Positions 11,141 through 22,914 of a stretch of DNA of 64,000 nt are shown in pieces. The stretch is from positions 19,975,292 to 20,039,291 of the forward strand of contig OZ316898.1 in assembly GCA_973895155.1 (NCBI GenBank). Reading direction: 5' to 3'. Origin of the DNA: Marsupella aquatica (taxonomy: Eukaryota > Plantae > Marchantiophyta). The notes under the pieces were generated by a model, which did not search any database, was not told the origin of the DNA, and worked only from the letters and a program-made list of their open reading frames with translations. The number at the start of each line of letters is the position of its first letter. Positions within the stretch are counted from its first letter, which is position 1. Both the position numbers and the translations under genes were made by a program.

Positions 11141-11290
11141 TAACTACGGTTACTTTGGTTCCTCTTCTTGGTCTTCTTGGTAACTACGGTTACTTTGGTT
11201 CCACTTCTCGGTCTTCTCGTTAACTACGGTTACTTTGGTTCCTCCTCTCGGTCTTCTCGGTAACTACGGTTACTTTGGTTCCTCTTCTCT
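11141..11290. repeat. Tandem repeat, 40-bp period x~4
   Basis: TAACTACGGTTACTTTGGTT starts at 11141, 11181, 11221 and 11261. Confidence 0.95.
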
Positions 11291-11620
11291 GCCGCTTTGC
11301 TGTGTTTGTCTGTTCGTCTCTTCGTATTCTCTGTCTCTCTCTCTCTCTCTCTCTCGTGGAAAGCGAAGGAGTTGAGAAGATGAGGAGTGTAGTGAGTGTA
11401 CAGTAGAGTACTCGTGCGTCTGAATGAATGGCGTGCAACGAAGGGAATGATCAATGATGGGAGAGAAGACGAGGAGAAAGAAATGAATGGCGTGCAGCGA
11501 AGGAATGCGGAGAGACAAGACGAGGAGAAAGAATAATAATGCTGGTCCGACACAAGGAAACTCAATCACGTCAAATTCACCGATCGCTTTTTGCCGCTGA
11601 ACTCGTCGTCGGCTGCGAAC

Positions 11621-14600
11621 ATGCGGGGGATTGTGCGTTCCTCAGATTCTGCGTCCGGCAACAACAGTGTCAGCAAGAGCGTGCCCCTCTACCTCAATGT
11701 CTACGACTTGACGCCGATGAACGATTATCTGTACTGGTTCGGGCTCGGCATCTTTCACTCGGGCGTTGAAGGTACTCTCTATGAGGTCCTGTTGTTCTCT
11801 GAAGGTTTGACTGAGGCCATAGAGCCAAGTTGCCCCCGGATCGAGCTGCTGTTGGGGTTGCAGTTTGGAGAGTAGGGACGAATGTCATTGCAGAGCAATT
11901 GAATCCTGATTTGCTGTTCCGGATCGCTTGAGTTAGGTTGGAGAGAAGTCTCAGCCTGTCAAAACCTGTAAAGTATAAATAATGATGTGATGTCGTGCGA
12001 GCTGACGATTGCTCGCCACTCCAATTGAAAACCTGATTTACTGTTCCGGATCGCTTCGAGTTGGGTTGGAGAGACGTCACAGCCTGTCAAAAGTTCTCAT
12101 TCAAACGTTATGATGTGATGATTTGCGAGCTAACAATTGCGCACCACTCTGTTTTTCGCTGTTTCGATCAACTCATAAGTTGGAGGAATTCCGCTGTTAG
12201 GCCGTTTTCTCTGTGGCTGCAAAGATTTCGAACAGGCAATCCTGTGATTTTAAGACGTGATTGCACAACTTCAATGTCCAGTCTTGTACGCAATACAAGT
12301 GTGACCAGAAGCATCCTCATTTTTCAGCTGGAAGAACCAGGGTCAAACCCTACAATGCTAGTTGGTCACTGCGTAGTTCTTTTCCCTTCGGGTCCTTGAT
12401 CAGGCCATTTCCAATTGTTGCCCAGAGACTTTAATGAGTTTTGTTGGCGACGCACAGCCAGATTCTTTGATTAGTTTGCGGCACACTGTGTGGAGCAAAG
12501 ACTCGCTTAAGCGACTTCGTTAGCTTCACCTCTGCCTCTGATGCCCCTTCTTACGGCATCTATTTCAATTGAATGAGAGATATGCTATCATCAGAGGAAA
12601 TTTGTGTTTTCGAGATCTTTAATGATAGGGAACAGCACTCGGGCAGACTTGATAAGTCCGCTCAGTGATGAAGCAAAAGGTTTAAGAAACGAATGGATAT
12701 ACTTTAAAGACCTGACGGTGAGGGGGAGCAGGCAACAGACAGCAAAGAAATTTAATCATATACTGACATTCACAGATTCTACCCATGATTGAGGACAAGA
12801 AATTCCACCAGACTCCTCACAGTGCGAAGCTCCTACACGAATGAGTCAAGAATGAGGAATGACATCTTGTAGTTTTAGTGAACTGCTCCTGTAATCATGA
12901 ATCATCTATGCTTGGTCTCGAGCAAGGCCGGACTGTATTTTCTTGTATATTCATTCTGAATTTCATATTGTTACATGGACTCGATTAATTTGTGCTTGAC
13001 CGTTTCTTGAGGTACGTTTGTGTGTTTATTATGTTTTGGAGCGTTGTTACATGATCGCACTCAGCTAGGTTGTGGCCATTATCGTAACGCAGCTGTACTA
13101 AACTTTTGTGGCATTTGGTGTGCAGCTCATGGAACTGAATATGCATTTGGAGCTCATGAGCAATCCTCCAGTGGAGTTTTCGAGGTGGAGCCAAAGAATT
13201 GTCCTGGATTTACTTTTAGAAGTAGCATTAAAATCGGTACTACCGATATGACCTCTCAAGCATTTCGAACCTTTATTCAAACCTGTGCGGACAATTACAA
13301 CGGCGACACTTATCATCTCATTGTCAAGAACTGCAATCATTTTACCAACGATATTTGCTACAAATTGACAGGAAAAGATATTCCTTCTTGGGTCAACCGA
13401 TTGGCTAGAATAGGTATTCAACTCTCTCTTTCAGTATGAGCAGTCAGAGTGACAAATCCATCGTGCTTGCGTTGACTTGCTTTCTTTCATTTAGTCTGGG
13501 TCACTGGTTAATCTTCGTCCATCTGAACTGCACAGTAGTCATGGACTTTGGGAATAATTAGTAAAGATCGAATATAAGTTTTTATTGCATGCCACTTAGA
13601 TGGGCTGAAAACCTTTTCCACTTGCGATATCAAATATTTCCCTACCTGAAAGGCCCGAGGCCGATCTTTGACGGGTTAGGACTCAGTTAGGATGGCTGTA
13701 CCGTGATAGCAGGTTTAGAATCTGACTGTTGTGGGTTCAAATCTACGTCATACCAGGAATTCGCTAGAAAACCTTCAATGCTAAACCAGATGCACTTTCG
13801 AACCTAGTGACACATAGTTTTCCATTGTTAGAAGGAACATCTTTTAAGGTGCACATTTTTTCCCTGCGCTATCCCTTTATGCCTGGTCAGAAAACAATAC
13901 CACTGTCAGTGCTCGCCTATCAATAAGAGATTTTACGTCTTAAGGATATCCAAACGAAGCTAAGTCCATGGTCAATCTTTTCACTAGCAGACTAGGTTTC
14001 CTGAGTCTTGACAGATTCTAAATTGCTAATCATTTCGTTCTGAAAAGTGGGTTGGAAGTCAACGTTTATTTGTTTCTGGTATCATTGTTAGAGATGATGT
14101 TGATATGAAAGTGGAATGGCAGGTTGGTTCTGCAACTGTTTGTTGCCGAAGGATCTGCAGGGGACCAACGATATAGAGACGGCTGAGAGCCATAGCAGTT
14201 ACGAAGGTCCAGAGCAAGAACTTAAACACTCTCTTCGTCCATCTCTATGTATGTCTTCAAACGTCCAGGTTTTGGGGGGTTTTGTGTCTTATTCCGATAT
14301 GCTAGGGCAACAGTTTTCTTTTGATGTTCATGAACTTTGGGAAGATTATCCCAATTCATTAATCTTGTAGCACTGAGATCCGTTGGTATCGTGTGGACTT
14401 CGTCATTGAACAATTGATCACGCCACTGCATTACTTCATTGTAACAACCAGACAATAATAGAGATGTTCAATCGTGGCACTATCCCTAGTGTCACCTTGA
14501 GTAATGGTAAACTCCTCCCAAAATATCAAAATGTTAACCTTATTGAGCTGGTTTATATGAATTTATGTCTCTGTAAGATCATTTGTAAATGTGCTCGTAA

Positions 14601-14845
14601 TTCCATGATCCATTGCTTAGTGTTGGTTCTGGTGAGATTGCTGTAACCCGTGGTCCTTAATCCATCTTGGGGAGACCGAGAACTGACCTGGCGTACTTGA
14701 GCTGTAACTGATTTTCTCGATTTTTGTGGGTGCAGCCAATAAGAAGGGGCATGAGTCTTCACGCAGCAAAGACATTCTTGAGAATGAGAATGATGACCAA
14801 CATCTTCTGAGCACTCTCCATGATGAGTCAGAAACGTTCAGGTAA
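11621..14845 (+). CDS. DeSI-like (PPPDE domain) deSUMOylase/deubiquitinase-family peptidase, ~210 aa, 4 exons
   Basis: Exons 11621-11771, 13126-13413, 14123-14206 and 14736-14845 (633 nt, GT-AG, phases consistent). Motifs LNVYDLT, GIFHSGVEAHGTEYAFGAH, YHLIVKNCNHF (His/Cys dyad) and IPSWVNRLARIG. The last exon is less certain. Confidence 0.92.
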
Positions 14846-16077
14846 TGCTTTGAAGAGGTTCAGAGACCCTGACTCTCGTCAACATTAAATCAAAGTTTAT
14901 TGAAAAGATACATGGGCCTTCACATACGGCGGATCGTTCTTCTACAAGAAGTCACTTGTCCAAGTATCATTGCCACATGGCTATCTTGAAATGACTGCAA
15001 CGGAGTGGCTTTCTGCTGGGGCTGATCCACGCTAAACGAGCCGCCCCTCTTTGTTTTCTCATCTTGGGATCTTGGATTTATTTGTTGAGACCGCTACAGT
15101 GAAGGCAGTTAAAAGATCCTATAAACGACTCGCTTTGGTAGCTGTCAAAGGTGCATTCCATCGGTGTCAATTTGTGCTCATCTCTAGATAAACTTTGAGA
15201 TGTATTCAATTTAATATTTCTTGTACATTGCAACACCTGCCTCTTAAGTCAATCGCACATTGCAGTCGTGTATACAGAGATGATTTATGTTTCCAGAAGT
15301 TGTTCTTGTAACCGTAGCATCAAAGTTTAGATATGTGTGATGGGTTTTATCGAGCTGAATCCATTAAATTGCTGTATGTGTTTCCGAGGTTTAGTTAATG
15401 TTCAATTTTGAATCCTGCAGAGTATCTATAGCTGATCAGGTCTTGACCCAAAAAACTACAGTATTTCAAAACTGAGATACGACGCACATGAAATTGAACA
15501 CTACATTGGCATTTGAAAGTATTCAATATAGGTCTGACGTGAAAGATGACGGATTCAACTCATATGAGAAATGAACAATAGTATGCGATTAGTTAGGGAA
15601 AGAAAAAAGGTTCTACTCAAGCTCAAAGACCAGCGTTGGCCTTAGTCCTGTTTTTAGCTGTAACAAAAATAACCACGGTGACCCTCAGTTAAATTGGAAC
15701 AAAGAGGGTTTAACTAAGACAATCCATATCAAAACAGATAAGTCCATATCAAAACAGATAAGTCTTTTCTTGAATGAGGACACTAATTAGAAATACAAAT
15801 CTAAGAATAGATCGATCGATTTTAGAGGTGTGGAGGGCCTGATGCATATGGTGCTTTCATGCACTAATTTTGCAAATGCTCATCCATGTTTCTCTCGCTG
15901 CAAAAGGAATATTCCCCTCATCTTAAAGAGATTCCACTGCATTTGATCATGCTCGAATGAATCTTCATTTTTAGCCATCAAAGCTCTGAAAACTGTAACT
16001 TCACTTACAGGAGTTTTACTAGGATGATTTGTCAACAACCAACAACCAACTTGTCAGCTTTGATTCTTTCGTGGTGG

Positions 16078-16227
16078 AGCTCGAGTAGTAAGGGTGGCAA
16101 TTGCTTTCTTGGAATGGTTCAAGAATGTAATGTATCTGCTTGTCTATACTTTAGCTCGAGTAGTAAGGGTGGCAAGTGCTTTCGTGGAATGGTTCAAGAA
16201 TGTAATGTATCTGCTTGTCTATACTTT
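16078..16227. repeat. Tandem duplication, 75 bp x2
   Basis: AGCTCGAGTAGTAAGGGTGGCAA... at 16078 and 16153. Confidence 0.9.
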
Positions 16228-17544
16228 GTTTACCATAATAATGCAGCGACCCCATCAATCATATCGACCCGGGTATTTCCTAAGGAAGTGGCAATCAGGC
16301 TACAGTAGCTCTCAAGAATCTCGTTGTAATATTTTGGATTACCCTACCCTGAGATACAGGTTTTAGTCTTGAGATCTCCACACAACTACTTCACTTCGTG
16401 CAGTGAACAAATCTTCAAGGTATGGGATCTACGAATGTGCATGGGAGGCTACAGATAAGACAGGATTCATCATTTTGCAGTTGGTCTATAAAACCTGGGG
16501 TAAGGAGACTGCATCCCGTCTATCTTTGCTACACTTGAACTCCCCTGATAGAGTATGAGTAAACCTCTACTCGAGAACCCCACAAATCTACTCAGGATTC
16601 TCCTATGGGAATCTGACGTTCACTGCAAAACTTGTTACAGTACTCATGGACTGGTTTTGACGTACTGTCTCGTCTCCCTTCGTACAAATAATTTCAACGT
16701 TCTGCGACAATGAGAGCTCTAAACAAACTTCACTTGATTTCTGAGCGAAAATGACAAAAATGACTTCTTCCCCAAGTAGATTTTCTAGAAGATGGCGCTC
16801 ATGGAGAAGTCATCTGCCCGGACTGCAATGTTTTAGTTGCTTACGTATCCGCTCATGAAAGTCGAGCACTGGAAGAAAAATAAGGCCATGAGAATCTCCG
16901 ATCAGAAGTATCTGAATCACATGTAATTCAAACGTGCGAAGAAAGAGACCGCAGAAGGGCTAGTCCTCCTACTTGTGATGTGGCGATCGCAAATTAGTGC
17001 TATGGTCATGCTGGACATTCTCTTGCCCACATTCCTTTGTAACATTGGAAGCCATTTCGTCTGTCACCTTGGAGCTCTGGAGGTCTTTGCAGAAACTCAT
17101 CAATATTTTGAATCCATGAGTTCAGTTCAATTCACCGCATACCTTCTACATAAGATCACACGGCACCTGCATTGTTGAATCCGAAGGAGTACTCACTTCT
17201 TTGTCCATGTCTTGGGTGTCGGTTTACCTCATCCACGAGAATGTATAGATGACAATTCAGGTTTCCAAACAAATTGTGACGTGAACATTGAGAACGTCCT
17301 TTAACGCTAAACGTTTTTCTCTATATTTGGTGCGGTGTCATTAGGATACCAGTACAACGATTCAACGACTGAGTCCCGCGTTCTAAAAGAAAACAGCTCC
17401 GCACACTAGGGTCGACGTCTATAAGAACGTCCGTTTATTCAAAGCAGGTACAACTAATCGCCCAGGCAATGGTAATCCAAAATGGAATGCTTAAACTGTG
17501 CGAGGTTATGAAGGACGCGTCCTCTTGTAGTCCTTGACGATTCT

Positions 17545-17728
17545 TCATATTTCAGTTCACAATGAGAACAACGCTATGAATCATATTGTCTATCTACCTT
17601 GACAACTCTTCATGTTTTAGTTCACGATGAGAACAACGATACGAATCATACTGTCTATCTACCTTGACAACTCTTCATACTTCACTTCACAATGAGAACA
17701 ACGATATGAACCATATTGTTTATCTACA
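17545..17728. repeat. Tandem repeat, ~63 bp x3, downstream of the Smr gene
   Basis: TTCACAATGAGAACAACG..ATGAATCATATTGTCTATCTAC occurs three times. Confidence 0.85.
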
Positions 17729-17920
17729 GATTGGCTTTTACTGCCATCGATTATTAGTGAGGTACATCAATGATGGACCGTTGAATGGGTGATGACTGTT
17801 CATCAATCTGCCCAGATTGAAGTCCTCATGGGCTTTTCGCACCATTGATACTAGGAAGATACCAAGCATGTGCAAGTCAATCAGTTAGAGTCATCACACA
17901 TGTATGAATGCCACAAGGAT

Positions 17921-20209
17921 TCATTCAACGTCAGAGAAGCTATCCGCATCCTTCTGGTTCGCTTCCATGGTCCTTACATCAGACATCTTGATGCCTATGC
18001 ACCCAGGGTTTAGCTGGGCCCATGGTATCTGTTTGTTGTCCAAGTACCTCGTGACTGCAGGCTTGATTTTTGCCTGCCCGCCAGCGCTGTGTGTTCCTTG
18101 CCCAGTGATAACAGTGAGGACATGAACGGATGGTATTTGCGACAAGGTTCGCAAGTGGAGTTGCAGTAGTCGTAAAGCCTCTGTCACGTGCTGTGCATGC
18201 AAATCGATTGTAATGTTGTTTGCTATGTCTTTGTTCCGGACGTTGAAGATATTCTGGCTGGCCCGAGCGCTTGCTGCTTGTGCAAGTGCTTTGAATCTTG
18301 CTCCCTTCTCAGATAATACACCAGCACGCGTTCGATCACCCCGGTTGTATGCAGCATTCGCCTCCGTCATATACCTCTTCATGGTTTCCCAATGCTCAGT
18401 AGCACTGGCACGATGCCGTGCATACTCATTCCACTGTCCATTTGCAGTTGCAGTTACAGTTGCAGTTGCAGTAGACTTAATTTTCTGCGCCACTGCCTGC
18501 AAATCTGGATCGCGACTAATTCTTGGCTTCCCTACCACTACACTCCAAGGCTCTTCAGTTGCACCCGGTGGTGGCACTTCTGCAACCGGTGGTGGCTTGT
18601 CAAAAGGCCCTGCCACAGTAGGAGGCTCGTGTTTTGCTTTAAAAAGGGTTCGCAATACCTCAGCAGGATCCAACTTGGGTTTAGGATTCTGCGCACCCAC
18701 TGGTATCATACCTGACTCTCTCAAGATTTGCAGTGCCCCCTCATATGAGAATTCCGCTGCTTGCAAGACCTGAGCCAGGAAGCTTTGCTCAACGGTTGGA
18801 AAAGCTTCACACAACTTACCAAGCAGAACCCTGTGTGACTCGCCGTCCTCCTCACCAGGCAAACTTTCAACGAATCTTTCGTGCTCTATGGCTTGATCTC
18901 TCTCGAAGCCAGTAGGTATGCCCTGAGAGAAAGCACGAGGGGGTTGTATGATTTCCCCATTGTCTTCATTCTGGTCTCCCGGGGGAGAATATAAAGGATC
19001 CGCAGCGTTCATAGAATCCCTCCTGTAATCAAATCCCGATGAGGTTGACCCTATATTCAAGAGGGTTTCCAGAGCCTTTTCCGTGTCACCCTCGTAATGA
19101 GCTAAGACATCTCGTACCAGGCCAATTCCAAAATCACCTCCCAACATCGAGTGCAAAAAGTCCTCGGATGCCCTCCTCCTGACACTGCCGTCTCCGGAGC
19201 CAGAATCCTCTCCAGTCCGTTGTCCGTCTTCCGCCTTATGTTTTTTCTTCAGCATCTTCTGAGAATACAGCCCATTTTCGAGCTCCACTTCTCTTTGTAC
19301 GAGAGTTAGTTCGTAACCATTACTAGTGTTTGGGAGAGACCCATAAGCCCTCCTTTGCATTCGATTCGAAACAGAGCCACTTGTTGCAGAAAGCTTCGGG
19401 GGGGTGGCAGAACTCCTTGTGCCCCAATTTGGCTTGCCGCTCCGATTAGCGTCGTTTTTTTGCAGAGCAGGAAAACTCTCAATCCAATTGCCATCATCGT
19501 CTGAAGAGTTGGGTTTAATTGAGTGGCCGGACGCCACTGAAGATTCAGAGCTGTTCTCACCCTCAGGCGGCCTGGAGTGACTAGCCAGTAGAGGGTCATC
19601 GCGCCAAACAGAAGCTCCAGCGAAGTCACCATGACCATTCTTCAGTTGATGACTATCACCCTTCTTGGAGCTGAAGTCATCAGAATGAATAGATTTGGTT
19701 GTGCTACTTTCGGCGAAGGAACTAAAGTCATCGTCTAAAGGAAGCCTGTCTGGCCAGGGATTAGGTGGCTTCCAAATTTCATAGAAGTCGGAGGTCTGAG
19801 CAAACGCATCTCTGGAGTTCGTTATAGATTCTACGGAGAGAATTTCGGCCGCTTTGTTAGGATCTCTGTCAGCACGAGCATAAGCTACAGCTAACGTATG
19901 ATGGGAAATCCCCGGGAACGCTTCCAGTAGCAAGCAAAGAACCTGATCCTCCTTGTTCAGACCTGGATCCGGATGATCCACACGTTCCTCATCGAAACTC
20001 TGCGAAAAGACATCTGCGGTGTCCGGTGCCGACGCTCGACTTGCGTAGTGGGCTCGTGGTGGTGGTGGCCGAAAATGCTCCGACGCCATCGCTTCGGAAG
20101 GGACAGCAGCAAGTGGCAGCAGCAGCTGTGTAAGAAAGCCCAGAATTATTCCTCCGGAAAGTCTGACGATCACTCTCGTGGGTAAAAGCACAAAAAGAAT
20201 GAACGGCAT
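17921..20209 (-). CDS. Smr-domain protein with CUE/UBA-like domains and DUF1771 (At5g58720-like; Cue2/N4BP2-type architecture), single coding exon
   Basis: 762-aa ORF; the real start may be the ATG at 20089 (MASEHF). C-terminal IDLHAQHVTEAL...VITGQGTHS (Smr) preceded by AAYNRGDRTRAGVLSEKG (DUF1771). CUE-like LLEAFPG.. and LCEAFPT.., plus UBA-like FLHSMLGG..KALETLL. Confidence 0.88.
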   Translation of the reverse strand: MPFILFVLLPTRVIVRLSGGIILGFLTQLLLPLAAVPSEAMASEHFRPPPPRAHYASRASAPDTADVFSQSFDEERVDHPDPGLNKEDQVLCLLLEAFPGISHHTLAVAYARADRDPNKAAEILSVESITNSRDAFAQTSDFYEIWKPPNPWPDRLPLDDDFSSFAESSTTKSIHSDDFSSKKGDSHQLKNGHGDFAGASVWRDDPLLASHSRPPEGENSSESSVASGHSIKPNSSDDDGNWIESFPALQKNDANRSGKPNWGTRSSATPPKLSATSGSVSNRMQRRAYGSLPNTSNGYELTLVQREVELENGLYSQKMLKKKHKAEDGQRTGEDSGSGDGSVRRRASEDFLHSMLGGDFGIGLVRDVLAHYEGDTEKALETLLNIGSTSSGFDYRRDSMNAADPLYSPPGDQNEDNGEIIQPPRAFSQGIPTGFERDQAIEHERFVESLPGEEDGESHRVLLGKLCEAFPTVEQSFLAQVLQAAEFSYEGALQILRESGMIPVGAQNPKPKLDPAEVLRTLFKAKHEPPTVAGPFDKPPPVAEVPPPGATEEPWSVVVGKPRISRDPDLQAVAQKIKSTATATVTATANGQWNEYARHRASATEHWETMKRYMTEANAAYNRGDRTRAGVLSEKGARFKALAQAASARASQNIFNVRNKDIANNITIDLHAQHVTEALRLLQLHLRTLSQIPSVHVLTVITGQGTHSAGGQAKIKPAVTRYLDNKQIPWAQLNPGCIGIKMSDVRTMEANQKDADSFSDVE

Positions 20210-21607
20210 TGATTTTCAAGAGCAATAACAGAGAGCTATCGAATAACCATGATAGTAGTCACAAATTTGGCGGGGGAGCATTCAATCTCTGACGCCGGCG
20301 AGCAGCTGCTGCTGCGCACACGTGCGAAGAGCAATGACGGCACCACCAATGCTTCCCCCCAACATACTGATGCAAAACTGCCCTGAAGCGGCGAATGACA
20401 TACAAAGGAGAGCAGAGTGTCCACAGTCTACTGCACTTCGCTGGGCTGTACTGAGTTGAGCTGAGCTGAGCTGAACTGGGCTTGCACTGAACTGAAAATG
20501 AGCAGCGCCTCTTCTACTCCGCCAAGAAGACCTTTCTTCCCTCCTTTCCCACACTTTGTATCTCTTCCGAACCCCGTCCAGCTCTTGTTATCCTTCTCGA
20601 GATTACTGGCTCAAATGCCAGAACCACAATAACCGGCAGCTATTCTGCAAACGTGAGCGCAACCACTCATACCCACGAAGAGCCCGATACACAACAAACT
20701 CCAAAGAGATCCAGCCACCGCTTGCAATAATTTCTCAATCCAACGGGACCCTCCTGCGGCTACAGCCTTCGCTTCGCAATCCACTGACCGGAGGCCCGTC
20801 GCCGCCAGAAGAAGAACAAACCAACGAGACAAATCCCCAAGAAAACCGTCTGCTGCTCCCACACAGGTCAAATCCCTTTGCCTAACGTTCCCGTTGCACC
20901 TCCAGCACACTCAGATTCCCAAGTCGAACATTCAAGCAGGTATAAGGGCTATCGAAAGAGTGCTCCGCCTTGGTGACTTTACTGTAGCAGCCACCCAATA
21001 CAGATGCCGAATGAGGATCGTTACTAGTACAACTTGAAATATCACTAAGAGTGCGAAGACATACTTCGGAAGCTCACTGGTTCAATAAAGGGATAGCATA
21101 TCGGAATTAATGAATGAATCACTGAGTGAAAGCCAATTCTATCAAGTAATATTGTGACAGCAAATGTGGAGGACCTCCTTCCCCCTCTTGCTGCTATTTG
21201 AGCACTGTACTTCCTTTTCGTGAGCAGCAGATGATCAGTCTGCAAACGATAGGGTCACAGGGAGCATGTTTTCTAGCCCCGCCATAACCCTCGGGAAACT
21301 GGGAGCTGATGTCTGAAAAGTTTTGGGTCAAATGGCTGATGACCTGACTCAGAGAACTCTCCAGACTTGCTGCAAAATTGAAGTAGAGGTTCAGTTCTTG
21401 GAATCCATTTGACCTCCGCTCTCTGGAAACATCTCAGGCTGATTGAAAGCGAAATGTCTTGCTCTCAATTCGATGTGCTTGCACAGTTTTGTCGGTCACA
21501 GTTTTTCGGCAAGAAGAATGAGAAATCAATCCAATTAACTGAATCGACTTCAGGAACTCAGAAACCGATTGGTAGCCAGTGAAGCGAGGACAGAGAACGC
21601 AGTGAAA

Positions 21608-21751
21608 CGGACCGGAGCAGGACTATTGACGCAAGTATGAACAAATGTGGAGCAGGCCAGTTCAGAAATGCAAAGCGGGACCGGAGCAGGACTATTGACG
21701 CAAGTATGAACAAATGTGGAGCAGGCCAGTTCAGAAATGCAAAGCAGGACT
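21608..21751. repeat. Tandem duplication, 69 bp x2
   Basis: CGGGACCGGAGCAGGACTATTGACG... at 21608 and 21677. Confidence 0.92.
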
Positions 21752-22914
21752 ACGATGAAAATTCATTTTCGGATAACAATGAAAGAATCACTGTGTGACT
21801 TTCAAAGTCCATGGATGCCATGTTAGAACAAGAGAAAGTGTTCGAAGTGGCAGGTCAGCCAAAAGGAAGATACAGATAAACAAAGCTAATTTATAAACTA
21901 AGAGCGAAATATTGGAGGTCCACATTCTGCCGTCTTGCTCTTGTAAACTCAAGTCTCCCCATAACCCTAGTCTTTACATGCAAGCAATCGTTTACAACGA
22001 ACAGAGGTAATCTAGCTGCTGAAACACGCAAAGTGAAGAGGCTCCCCGTGAGATTGGGACAGAATGCGACGATCGTTTCTTGACCCTAAACTGGAAGTCC
22101 ATCGGGACTGCTAACAGTGAGGGTATATATTTTCAAGGACGTGTTCGTTTGAAGCACCTTGACATCCATGTAGCACTGTTCGAGATGGCTCCGTCGCACA
22201 ACAAAGGGTTCTCTATCTTCTTCAGTCTCTGCTCTTCTACCCAAAAGCCTAACCCAGGAAGCCATCACTCACCAACAACACTCTCAGCTGTATCCCGCTC
22301 GCTTGCTGGAAAACTACTGAACGTGGGCTTGACAATTCTCTTACCGAGGAAGCTGTTGGACGAAGGATATACACAAAGGATGGGCGATGCAGGAATCCGG
22401 ACCGAAACCCACAACAGCAATTAGAAATCCCTCGACTTCTTCACTTCACATTCAGCTCATTCTCACAAATGGCGATCATCATCCTCAACGAATCCTTGCC
22501 CCTTCGTCCAACCAAGTCCACAACCGATGAGAGGCTCTTCAGAGCCACCGGTGAAAGAGCTTCCAGTGGCAGCTCAAATGGGCATGTCCCACTCAGTATG
22601 AAAAAGTGGAATCCAGGATCCAGAGCTTCGGTCTTTCGTCGTGAAATTGTTGTTGCACTCAATTTCTTGTCGATGCTCAAGAGGAGCAGAAAAACAGAAA
22701 GAAACAGAGGAGAGAAGCGACCAACGAGAATAATAATAATGTGGACGATGGGGGAAGGGGAAGGGGGGCAGGAGTCAAGGGTGGGGGGGGAGCGGGTGTT
22801 GCTCGACTCTGGGGGCCCACCCCTCCCCTCCCCTCCCCTCCCCTCCCCTCCCCTCCTGGTCCAGCTGAGGAATGAGTGGGGGGTGAGGGTATCTCCTCCA
22901 TGGCACCCGAGCAC

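Noticed and set aside
13690-13750. B-box-like GGGTTCAAATC in DeSI intron 2
   Set aside because: No convincing A box, cloverleaf or TSD.
18213-18773. 186-aa plus-strand ORF
   Set aside because: Antisense shadow of the Smr CDS. The same applies to the ORFs opposite gag/pol, AO and the ExGW gene.
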